64,000 nucleotides of DNA. Source: Takakia lepidozioides. Lineage: Eukaryota; Plantae; Bryophyta. Location of the stretch: assembly GCA_030704615.1 (NCBI GenBank), contig CM060733.1:75888001-75952000 (forward strand). The letters are read 5' to 3'. The translations under genes and the position numbers were made by a program. The notes under the pieces were generated by a model. That model was not told the origin of the DNA. It was given only the letters and a program-made list of their open reading frames with translations, and did not search any database. Positions 11,052 through 22,105 of this stretch are shown here, piece by piece (the first letter of the stretch is position 1; the number at the start of each line of letters is the position of its first letter).

Positions 11052-13619
11052 TTAGTCATCTTCATCTAGATTTATTACTTCGTTGTCGTCATCTCTAGAT
11101 GTTGATGAAGATGCTCCGGGTGTAGAGGACGTGCCTCCACCAGTACGGAGAGCTCGAGCCTGGGCTCGAGTGGTCAAAGAGGGACCCAATGTTGTGTGGT
11201 CCACCCTTGCCATCATGCGTAGCGTTCTAAGCGAGTGCTGACTCTCTTCCACATTTGCCAGAGCCGGGTGTGTCGCTCTTGCTACGGCGGCATGCAATTT
11301 TTCAATTAAATCCGATATGTTTGGAAGTGGCAAGAACACCCCTGGAATAGGGGCAACTTGGTCACGTCATGTGTTCTGTCAATACTTTAGAACATTCATG
11401 ATGGCAGCCTTGAAATTGTCCAACACCTCCTGCTGCTGGGGGTCTCTGCGCAACTCTGGAAGAAATGGCTCATCATCCCGACGAGGCACCCAGTACGTCT
11501 CATTCATATCCTCCCAGCGGATGCTAGCGGCCTCCAACTCCCTTAGAAATAGGTCTCTCCCAATCGGTTCGCGATTGTATGGGTCGTTTTCCGCTGGCAC
11601 CCACGGATCCTCAAACAGTCAGAAGAATCTTTGTCTGGTACAGCTCCAATGCCCTCCCAAGTTCCGGCAAAAAAGCTCCATTTGGACTGGGTCCCGTATG
11701 CCTCTAGCACGCACGGTTATTTCCTAGTTGGATGTCACCCAAAAGGTCACCGGATCTTTAACCCTAGTTAACGTCTTCGCATCCAAGGCGTGCATCTCTC
11801 TTGGAGCATCCCATGTCATTGTCTCCCCCCAGTGCTGCCAATTTAAAAAATCGTACGGCGATACATCCAATGGCATGTTGTACCGGTTGTACTCGTATCC
11901 CGTGGGCATATTGTCTTGCAACCCAAACAACTCGTAGAAACGTCGATGGATTGGTCCACGACAGTGAGGGCATTGGCTGGCTCGCATGGCTGCCAATATG
12001 AGACATGTGGGATGGAACAAATGGCCACATGAACCAAGCATATAGCCTCCCTCCGGTCCATAAGGGTTTAGGCACATTGTGCACACCGTACCATCTGTTA
12101 CCCATGTCGCTGGATTGCTCAGTGGTATCAGCGTCCATTTATCCTCATTAATGTAGGATGACATCCTCGGCCTGGTGTCCCACTCCTCCTCTACTTCCAA
12201 ATCCCAGTTTATACTGTTATTGGTATCGGAAATTGTATGCACACAGTGCTCAAACATGGCATGCACATCACCCCATGTGGTGAATCCAGTGTACTTCGAC
12301 GTGAATACATCACGTACAGTGTCGTGCCTTTGCAAATTAGCATAGATGCTATCTATGCTTCGATTCGACAAACCTGCTGCACGTTGGAGGGAGGACAACG
12401 CTTCTTCTATCCGTGTTTCCCGTGATGCTAGATGGCCCGCCCATGTCACCCAATTCCGCCAATTCCCCTTCAACCATGGCCACGATCGGATTTGCATGGC
12501 ACTTGAGTACCGATATGCAATAGCCCTAGCTTGCTCGCGTTCCCCCACAAGCTGCTCTAATTTCTATTCTTGGGCCGATATAATTTGCACGGCTGAACAT
12601 TCCTCAGTTTCCACTATGGGGTCCTTCCCTTTTCTTGCCCTCTCCGCCGCAAATCTTTCTTCCTCAACCCTCGCCGGCTCCAGTTCAGACGTTTGCACTT
12701 CATTCCCATGCCCGATTGAGTCAACCCCGTCGATGACGCGGTCAATGTCCATTGGTGGCATATTCAAACGCGCCAATATGTCTTGCTCGTTGGTGATTGG
12801 CCTCGAGTCCTGAAGTACACCACGTACGCTGTCGAGAGTCCCCAACCCCATTCTTTCCAGCAAATTTGCTAGTTGCCACCGTTGCAAATGAACAATGTCC
12901 TACAGGTCTTTGATGTGTTGTTCATGTGCGACCAACTGTTCCTCCAACGGAGAGCGTACCTCGCCCCCCTCCACCTCAGACGTTGAAAGCCCGGCTGCGG
13001 AGACCTGTTGCGGCGTATAATCTGGAGGTTGGTTTGCATTTCCTCCTTCTTCCACATCGTCGTTTCCATCCGCCTTTCCTCCTTCTTCCACCTCGTCGTT
13101 TCCATCAAACCGTATGATGTCCTGCCCCTGACGTATATACAAGTCTGGGATATCAGAGAACATGTATAGTCTAGTACGCTGTCTCGCAGTGGCAGTTTGT
13201 CAATCCACCGGTCGCAATAAAATCAACTCTGTGTACAACTTGGCCGCAAATAAATACAGGACCTTGTTGTTGACGAGCGGTTGACCCCACAATGTTGTAT
13301 GTACCTCCTCTGCCCTGTGGCGGAAATGCGGGTTGGCGCACGAATGCAAGCTAGCTTGATTTTGTTTGGTTTGTGGATCATGCTTATCTCTGGGCCACAA
13401 ACGATTTATGTGACACCAGTCCACAAATTTCCTGCAGTCACCAAGCGATCACCGCTGCCCCAACTTCCAAACTTCCCAACCTGGTTCCGCAAGAATGTTT
13501 TGGTCATTGTATATGTCCCAACGAAGTTCGCGCCTGGCCCCTTTTGGTTTTTTTTTGGGAGGTCCAGGTTCATTATCGTCATCCCTGGGATGACCTCCTC
13601 TGTCTTCCTCCTCCGCCAT
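11052..13619 (-). pseudogene. Transposon-borne 855-codon ORF: NLS, unknown N-terminal domain, acidic linker, predicted coiled coil, RING-H2 finger; 8 nonsense codons, no frameshift
   Basis: ORF-track pieces 13200-13424, 12900-13163, 12564-12887, 11724-12548, 11379-11600 and 11052-11339 all share one frame with the ATG at 13619 (MAEEEDRGG...PPKKKPKGARR). RING-H2: CTMC-x14-CGHLFHPTC-x10-CPHC. Confidence 0.82.
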
Positions 13620-13968
13620 TTATGGCTTTGGCTTACCCCTACTCGACAGGTGTTTGCTAAGAAAAATGCTCTCCCAACCCTCCTAAATCGTACCTAATCC
13701 TACTCCCTAATGAATCTTCCCCAAGTACTAGAGGCACTCCCTCGACAGTTCTAAGTGATATGACGCAATATGAAAAAAACGTGGGTGCTAGAGGAGGGCT
13801 TCCCGGGAGGTACTCAGCATCGATTTCGTAGAATCCAACGGCCCAAAATACCCCCCACCCAACCAATAGCACCCCTCTCCACTTGGACTCAATGACAAGG
13901 AATGCAACATCCCATCGCCCACCAAGTCCTGGTGTGGAGAAAAGTGAGGGAGAGAATGGCCTCCAAGG

Positions 13969-13976
13969 CCTTATAA
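13969..13976 (-). promoter_or_regulatory. Putative TATA box of the RING ORF
   Basis: Minus-strand TTATAAGG ~60 bp from the edge of palindrome array 2, followed by pyrimidine-rich sequence. Confidence 0.5.
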
Positions 13977-14034
13977 GCCCCCCCTCCACACTCGGGGCGC
14001 GCGCTGTCATCATGACTGCGCACGCTAGTGATAG

Positions 14035-14830
14035 CTGCGACCGCCAGCAGGGGTGGTCGCATATTTTTTTCTTTTCTTTATTATGTGCAACCACCAACAG
14101 GGGGGTGGTCGCAGTTTTGTTTATGTTTTTTAATGGGTGCGACCACCAGCAGGGGGGTGGTCGCAGATTTTTTAATTTTTTTTAATGGGTACGACCACCA
14201 GCAGGGGGGTGGTCGCAGATGTTTTTTTTTAAATCAGCAGGGAGGTGGTCGCATAATGTTTTTTTTAAATAGGCGCGACCACCAGCAGAGGGGTGGTCGC
14301 AGAGATTTTGTTTAAAACAAATAGGTGCGACCACCACCTGCTGGTGGTCGCACTATTTTCCTTTTCTTTAATAGATGCGACCACCAGCAGGGGGGTGGTT
14401 GTAGGGGGGTGGTTGCATAATTTTCCGATTTTTTAATATCTACCAACAGTCAGTAGCTCAGTTGGTTAAGTGCACTGAGTGCGACCCGGACGATTCTGGG
14501 GTCAAATCTTGCTACTTGATGGGTGTGGTATGGATCGTGTGTGGTGCCCCATTCCTACGCCTCTTGGCGCATAAATGAAAGAGGTTATTTTCTCCTCTCA
14601 CTACTAAGGGGCCTGATTTGTGAGCTGTCGCTCCCAGGTGTTTCCCAAAATAAAATAAAATAAAATCTGCGACCACCAGCAGGAGTAATCAGTAAATCAG
14701 TAAATAGGTGCGACTACCAGCAGGGGGGTGGTCGCAACATTTTTATTTTATTTTAACAGTTGCGACGACCGCTACTGGTGGTCACCCAATTTTTAAAAAA
14801 AAAATAGGTGCGACCACCAGGAGGTTGGTC
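14035..14830. repeat. Palindrome array 2 (~13 units of TGCGACCACC-N-GGTGGTCGCA), internal to the hAT element and interrupted by a SINE
   Basis: Units near 14036, 14086, 14138, 14190, 14273, 14326, 14376, 14668, 14709, 14761, 14809. Confidence 0.92.
14442..14666 (+). mobile_element. tRNA-derived SINE-like insertion
   Basis: Pol III box A TAGCTCAGTTGG (14454-14465), degenerate box B GGGGTCAAATC (14498-14508), unrelated body, 3' (AAAAT)n tail 14647-14666. It interrupts the palindrome array. Confidence 0.65.
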
Positions 14831-15210
14831 CCCTTGCACCTGTATGTATGTTTGGAGAGGTGGATGAAAAGCACATGTATGGACTCTCCATGGATTTGTG
14901 AAGAGGAAGATGAATGTTGGGAGCTGCACCTGGCTTTTGTGGCTTTCGAAACCATAATATGAAATCAACAATGTAAAGGTAATGACGAAACACAAACACA
15001 CGCACAACCACCAAACCCTTTCTTGGGTACACATATTCCACCATTTTTATTTCCGTACACGTATGCATGTACCCAAACTGAAACATGGATATCTATGGAA
15101 ACATACTACACATCATGTGACAGGTCATAGAAGTTGTAGCTGTACCTAATTCCGTCTGCCACGACGACGATGGTATGATCTCACGTCTAGTACAAAATCT
15201 TTGTCCCCAC

Positions 15211-18200
15211 TCACTTCACATGATCAGTGCTAGAATCATGATCTCCATCTGTTCTTTCATTTCCAGAGGCAACTGGCCGTTGGACCTGTAGTCGTCCTCG
15301 AAGTACATTCAGTTGTCTCTCTGGTCGATTTCCACTCCTATCATAAATACCATCTAGGGTATCAGGCCTGTTTACAGGTCGGTCACCAACAAAAGGTTGC
15401 ACAATTCTCTGCCGTTTCTGGGCTTGTCCCGGATTTCGTGGTGGCCTTAGAGCAGGTCTCGTATGAGGAAGGCTACTCGCACGTACATCAGAGGGGCCGA
15501 CATGAGAGGAAAAGGCATGAGATGGACCAGCGAGGGTCGAGGGAGCACGGTTCACATGCGGACGTCCTCGGGCCAGATGAAATAACAATTGGCGGTCGTC
15601 GTCATCTGATGGTTCGACTTGCAGAAGTCTCGTAGCAGAAGAACCATCTCTCAGGATCGGAGTAGCGATGGAAGGAATTACATGAGGGGGAGAGAGACTA
15701 GATGGACTAGCATGGGATGGACCGGCTTGAGAAAGAGAAACATGAGATGGAGCGGGGTGAGATGAAGCACGGTTCACAGGGGCATGATGTCAGTGAATGA
15801 ATGACAACGGCCGGTTGTCATCATCCGACGATTCGACCTGCACATCTCCCGCAGTCCGTGGAGCTCGTGGTGGGGGAGAGTTGACCTCAACTTCATTGTT
15901 GAGAGTGTGCTCCACTGGGGGAAGGGGGTCCGCAATTGGGATGACACCATGTCGCAGTTCATCAACAACAAGGTCATCGAAGGATGGATGCATTGCAGCA
16001 TCATCGTCATTAAATTCATATGGGTCATGTGGAGGATTGCCCACATCATCGGACCTATCCCAACCATCGGAGTCGGAGTCCCTCGCGACGTCAGTGTCAT
16101 CATTGCTGCTAGATTGGACCTCTGAGACAGATTCTTCAGACAACAGATTCTTCTCGTACCATGTAGATGCGTCACTTGCTCTCCTCTCTCGCAGTAGCCT
16201 ACAATTCGTGTAGACATAAACCAATTTGTCAGCCCTAACATTATTCAACTTGTTGCGAATCTTGTTGTGAACAAACGAGTAATTGCTCCAGTTCCGCTCA
16301 CAGGACGAGACAGAGCACACTTGAGCAAGAATACGTTTTGCAATGGGAGCTAACGTTCTTGCTCCAGCTCCAATCAGATCCCACCATTATGTGGCAACAT
16401 GTTCATTGTTTTTGGATCCGGCATGTCATGGAAAGGATTCTGCCGATCCAAGAAGCACTGGTACTCGGACAACGCTCGCTCTGCCATATTCAAGGGCACA
16501 AGTTGCATGATGACCCGTACAAGCCCGGCTTTGGCATCCACATCGTCTCTCAAATCCGTATTGTCCAGCAAGAATGGATTCAACAAGGCCCCCGCATAAT
16601 GCAAGTCCGTGCGAACCATCCGTTTGCGGTCGTAAAATGCATCCTCGGTCCTTGCCGCCAAATCATCGTCCATAGAAAATGGAGGACGCCTCAAGAATTG
16701 CACGTGCTTCTCAAGGTTTTCCAATATCAACCATGCTTTATCCATTATTGGTTGTTTTCCATCAAACTCCCGCAAAGCAATCAACACCGGCTCCACCATG
16801 TTCACAAAATTTGCACATTTCGCCTAGAAATCGTCGGAGCGAATGATTGCGCGGACCCTCCGACTTTTGCTCAAAGACTTGGACTTACGAGAGTCGCGTA
16901 AGGTGCCCACATACGCATCCCATTGAGGGTCAATGATCACCTGTTCCAGACCCACCCTCAAAGTCACCAGTCGATCCACCATAAATTTTTTTGTGGCAAA
17001 GCGGGTTTCACCCGGGTTCCTAAGGCTGTATTTGGGTTCATGTTTTCTAAACAATGCCAAAGGGATGTGATGTGTACAAATGAACATCACAACCGACTTT
17101 GCCTTTTTTACTAGTTGTTTCATCCATGATTCTTTTCCCCAATCCTCCAAAAGGAGATCAAAGATGTCGCGGCCCTTTGCCTTGAGGGTAAGGGGGTCGG
17201 GACACATGAGGGGCTGCCCCTGTGGTGGGGGCAGCGGCAGCGATAGGTATGGGGAGCTGAAGCACCCTTGAGTGCCCAAGGCACTCAAGGAAGCGGAGGC
17301 GCTCACTAGGTGGAGCCCCACACACCGGGTTGCGGTGGGAGTGGGGGTGGCTCCACAAGGGGTGGTGGTAGCGTAGCGGGACTTAGTGGGGGTGGCATAG
17401 GACTCACCATGAGGTGGAGACCTCGAGGTGGGAGTCGTGGGGAGTCTTGGGACTCATCACGGTCCAATAGGGCCGCGGTGAGCGGGCCAAGACTCACCGC
17501 GACTCACCGCCGGGAGTCGAGGGTTCTCGTGGTGGTTCGCCATAAAATGGCATGGCTGGTTGTGAAACCCCCGCGGACAGCTACAGAAGTATATATAGGG
17601 AGTAGTAACCCCGAGAACGGTGCAAGCCCGTTGGTGACCAAAAACTAGTGAGTAAGCGAGCGAGCCGGAAAGCGACCAAAGAGTGGGGAGCTGTTCCGGA
17701 CTGCCATCTACCAAAGGGAATTCTCCTAGTCCCAATTAGGTGGAGGGTTTTAGAGGGAAGCGAAAGGGGACCGTTATGTCCCGGTGAGCAGCCGAAGCTC
17801 CAAGTTGGCCCGGCGGCCAGGTTGGGAGTCAGGCGCGCGCATCAAAGCGAGTAACTATGACTTGAAGGGGAGTTTACCGAAGTGAGGTGCGTGACATTTG
17901 GTATCAGAGCTTAGAGTTCAGTACGCGATCGTCCTTGGGATTGGCCTCATCATGGGGTCGGGCAAGCCAAAGCGAAAGCGGAACGGCCCAAAAGATGATG
18001 ATCCCGGTGAGCCCGATGGGGGCGGCGTGTCACCGAGGCGGCCGTTTGAGGAAGCGATGCATGTTTCCGAAAACGAGGCCGCCCAAGAGTGGGAGGAATC
18101 CGAGGAGTCGGAGCCCGAGGAATCCTTGAGAGCTCCGACAAACCGAGAGATGTCTCCCATGCCGGCAGCCTTTTGGGAAGGGTTGTTGGCGCAGTTTGGC

Positions 18201-21078
18201 GGGACGTTGAAAGACGTGTTGAAGGCGGCTAATGCCACTTCCACTAAGGCAAAGTTTAAGGTGAAGCCTAAGGAACCCGGCACCTTCGAGGAGATTATGA
18301 AAATGAACCTAAGTACGAGGTGGAGGCAATACTTAAGTCGAGGAGGTTCAGGAACCGAGAAACGGAGTATCTCGTCAAATGGAAGGGCTATCATCATGTG
18401 GAGGCATCTTGGGTGCGTGCCTCAGAAATGGGAAACGCATCCGAGGCGGTTGCAGCTTTTGAAGGGCGACCTCAAAAGCGGAAGAAGCGTTGATGGGGAC
18501 ATCAACCTTGGAGCGTGGGGGAGGAAATGCATGCTTAGCCCGGTTTAGCTAGCTCAGGAATCCGATTGCAAAAACTTGTATTGTACAAAAATTTGTTATA
18601 AAGGAAATGGGTTCCAAATATTGTGCGTCCTATTGTGTTTGGAATGGTGATGCATGGTGTGGTTGGCTAGTGTGTAGAATGCATGCTAGCTTACAAAAAG
18701 TGGGAGAGGTAAATTGGGTTAATCGTGTGTTTGCGCAGAGCCGAAATCAGGTGACTCCCATCCAAGGGGCAAGGAAACTTGCGCCTTCTTTGGGAGTTCA
18801 CGTGCTAGTGCGCACCTGGCGCGTGCGCGTACTATAACTGCGCTACCGCGGGGGTTGCCTTGTAGTGCGGGCTAACGCGGAAGCTACGTGCTTCCGTTCA
18901 CGTACTATAATCGTGTAACCTCGGGACGAAGTCGTAGTGCGGCTTCGACGTGTTCCCGTACCTCAGGCCAGCATTCCAAGGCGGACCCAATTGTAGTGAT
19001 TGGGGCGCACGGTTGGTTCAAGGTTATCTTCCTAGTCAAAGAGGGTTCCAGGTGAACCCTTGCTCAAGGTGATGCCAAAAGCGGCATCATGAGCGATCGC
19101 AAGCAATGTTGTTGCAGTAAGGCGATTCGATCCTCGGGGAGAATCGTTCCTTGGCCTTGAAGTAGGCCAAGAAGAGTGCACTGGGAGGAGCTGGAGAGGC
19201 TCCACCCTTGGCCGGGACTTGGAGGAAGTCGGCCGAACTAGCTAGTGGAGAGTAGAGTCAAGTGTGGGGTTTGGTTCTTTGCCATAGGACGCCATGGTGC
19301 GGAAACAAACTCCTTGATGTGGGACGCCACAACTTGGATGTTCGTTTCTACAAAATGAACAAGTCGATGAGGACATCGACTCTCGGTTGGTAGGGGTGTG
19401 TGTCGCGGCCCTTTGCCTTGAGGGTAAGGGGGTCGGGACACATGAGGGGCTGCCCCTGTGGTGGGGGCAGCGGCAGCAATAGGTATGGGGAGCTGAAGCA
19501 CCCTTGAGTGCCCAAGGCACTCAAGGAAGCGGAGGCGCTCACTAGGTGGAGCCCCGCACACCGGGTTGCGGTGGGAGTGGGGGTGGCTCCACAAGGGGTG
19601 GTGGTAGCGTAGCGGGACTTAGTGGGGGTGGCATAGGACTCACCATGAGGTGGAGACCTCAAGGTGGGAGTCGTGGGGAGTCTTGGGACTCATCACGGTC
19701 CAATAGGGCCGCGGTGAGCGGGCCAAGACTCACCGCGACTCACCGCCGGGAGTCGAGGGTGTTCTCGTGGTGGTTCGCCATAAAATGGCATGGCTGGTTG
19801 TGAAACCCCCGCGGACAGCTACAGAAGTATATATAGGGAGTAGTAACCCCGAGAACGGTGCAAGCCCGTTGGTGACCAAAAACTAGTGAGTAAGCGAGCG
19901 AGCCGGAAAGCGACCAAAGAGTGGGGAGCTGTTCCGGACTGCCATCTACCAAAGGGAATTCTCCTAGTCCCAATTAGGTGGAGGGTTTTAGAGGGAAGCG
20001 AAAGGGGACCGTTATGTCCCGGTGAGCAGCCGAAGCTCCAAGTTGGCCCGGCGGCCAAGTTGGGAGTCAGGCGCGCGCATCAAAGCGAGTAACTACGACT
20101 TGAAGGGGAGTTTACCGAAGTGAGGTGCGTGACAAAAGATATGAGCAACACACCCTTGGTAATATAGATGAGGATATCGTACCATCAAAATATCGGCCAT
20201 ATTAATCATGTTAGATGCATTGTCCGTGCACACTTGGACAATTTTATCAGCTCCAATTTTATCGATGTAACTCGTCAACAACCCTGCTTGATAACGCGCA
20301 TCTTTTCTCTCCCCGCTTGTATCAACGGATCCCAAAAATTGTTCCCCCGCATGACAGACTAGCATGACATTGAACAGTGGTCGATTAGTAACAGAACTCC
20401 AACCGTCCGCATATATAGTGCTTCCATATTTCCGGAGAAAATCACCTCTCTTTTCATTCACCTTTTGGGTGAGGTCAGATATAGCCTCTTCTAGCAATCA
20501 TGTGCGGAGATCGCGATAACTCGGAGGTGTATATGTGGACTTGGAATCAGACGTGGCTTTGACAGCAGCCACAAACGCAGGAAGCCTCGAGACATTGAAC
20601 GGAATATTGGCCTCGTAGAAAAATTGGGCCCACTTCTTATCCAGAGTCATCCTGTGCGACAAATTTAAGCCTTCTTGCATTGATTATTGCCTCAAGGTCT
20701 GGTCCGTACAAGTGTTGGCGTACAATCGGGTGTTGCTCCTGACCCACCGGCTTCTCCATGAACAGTAGACGCCTCGCAAGAATCCCCCTGGGTACAACTC
20801 TGAGGGACAGTTTGATTCGAACCTGGAGTGTTTGGCTCAGACGCCGCGGCCACATCAAGAGAAGGTGGGATATTGCCTCCACATTGGGCAAAGTGGGCTT
20901 TCACTCACATGGAGGCTTTTGGGCACAAACAAACTCCTGCATTTTTCCCATCTCTGTAGCCGAGGTGATATAACATGCGATCTTTGCGACTCGTCAGCTT
21001 CAATGCACAAAGATTGCATTGAACACTGTCCTTTTTGTGTGGGTCTATGGTGAACCAAGGGATCCACTCCTCCCTCAT
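15211..21078 (-). pseudogene. hAT transposase (BED zinc finger + DUF659 + hAT dimerisation domain + Ser/Pro-rich tail), disrupted by an LTR insertion, stops and frameshifts
   Basis: BED-like W..F...VQCNLC...RMLYHL...C; KWAQFFYEANIPFN; TIYADGWS; VQVCTDNASN; CVAHIF|DLLLED split by the LTR element; PGETRFAT; LHYAGALLNP; CSVSSCERNWSNYSFVHNKIRNKL...ADKLVYVYTN. Confidence 0.93.
17165..20134 (+). mobile_element. Non-autonomous Ty3/gypsy chromovirus deletion derivative. LTRs 17165-17896 and 19401-20134, TSD AAAGA
   Basis: TG...CA LTRs, ~99% identical (five transitions and one 2-bp indel seen). PBS TGGTATCAGAGC (tRNA-iMet) at 17899-17910. Gag N-terminal remnant from 17952. Chromodomain YEVEAILKSRR...EYLVKWKGY...ASW at 18293-18493 in another frame. 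AAAGA at 17160-17164 and 20135-20139. Confidence 0.95.
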
Positions 21079-21388
21079 CCTCACACCCAAAACCCTAACC
21101 ACAGACTTAAGGTTGAACAAAGAACACTAGTGTACTTGGTAGATTTGTCAAGAGCAATAGAAGTTAGAACAGAATGCGATGGCCCAACACTACGACATCA
21201 ATCCAAGTGGATCAATGCACCATGTAGTATTGTGCTTTTTGACAATTTACTGCAGTGGCTCTGGTGGAAGCCACAACAGCAAATGGTCCGCACCCTCCTC
21301 TTGGGCTTACACTCTTGCTCAAGGAATAAAGAACATTCACTCGTCACAAAAGTGTTTGCCACAAAAGAAGTGAGGGGCATTGTGACCA

Positions 21389-21397
21389 CCTTATATA
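21389..21397 (-). promoter_or_regulatory. Putative TATA box of the hAT transposase
   Basis: Minus-strand TATATAAGG ~50 bp from the edge of palindrome array 3. Confidence 0.55.
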
Positions 21398-21443
21398 CCC
21401 TCCAGCCTCCAAGCCTCACACGCTTGACGAATCAGATCCAATG

Positions 21444-22105
21444 CTGCGACCGCTCCAGGTCGCACAAGGAAGTCGCATGTTTTTCTTAAAAAAAAAACTA
21501 CTGCGACCACCCTCATGCTGGTGGTCGCACCTATTTTTTTTTTTAAAAATCTGCGACCACCCCATGCTCGTGGTCACAGAGATTATTTAAAAATAAAATA
21601 AAATTGCTGCGACCACCCCCTGCTGGTGGTCGCACCTATTAAAAAAACAGAAAATTTCTGCGACCACCCCCCTGCTGGTGGTCGCACATATTAAACAAAT
21701 ACAAAATTTCTGCGACCACCCCCATGCTGGTGGTCGCACCTATTAAAAAAACGAAAAATGCTGCGACCACCCCCATGCTCGTGGACACAGAGAATTTGTT
21801 TTTTTTTAATAATTAAAATTCTGCGACCACTCCCCTGCTGGTGGTCGCACTTATTAAAAAAACAGAAAAATGCTGTGACCACCCCCATGCTGGTGGTCGC
21901 ACCTATTACAAATAAAATAAAAATTGTGCGACCACCAGTAGCAGTGGTCGCAACTGTTTAAGAAAAGAAAAAAATGCGACCACCCCTGCTGGTGGTCGCA
22001 TCTATTTTTAAAAAACAAAAAATGCTGCGACAACCCCTCTGCTAATGGTCGCAACTATTAAAAAATAAGATAAATTCTGCCACCACCACCATTTGGAGGT
22101 CGCAC
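21444..22105. repeat. Palindrome array 3 (~13 units, central spacer mostly in opposite orientation to arrays 1 and 2), right subterminal region of the hAT
   Basis: TGCGACCACC-cctgct-GGTGGTCGCA near 21502, 21552, 21608, 21659, 21711, 21762, 21822, 21875, 21927, 21975, 22026, 22078. Confidence 0.92.

Noticed and set aside
14448-14520. Functional tRNA gene
   Set aside because: Box B is degenerate, there is no convincing acceptor stem, and a body and A-rich tail typical of a SINE follow.
14035-14830. CRISPR-like appearance of the palindrome arrays (also 4982-5465, 21444-22105, 22975-23810)
   Set aside because: The spacers are low-complexity A/T tracts similar to each other, the repeats are degenerate and flip orientation, the context is a eukaryotic TE, and there are no cas genes.
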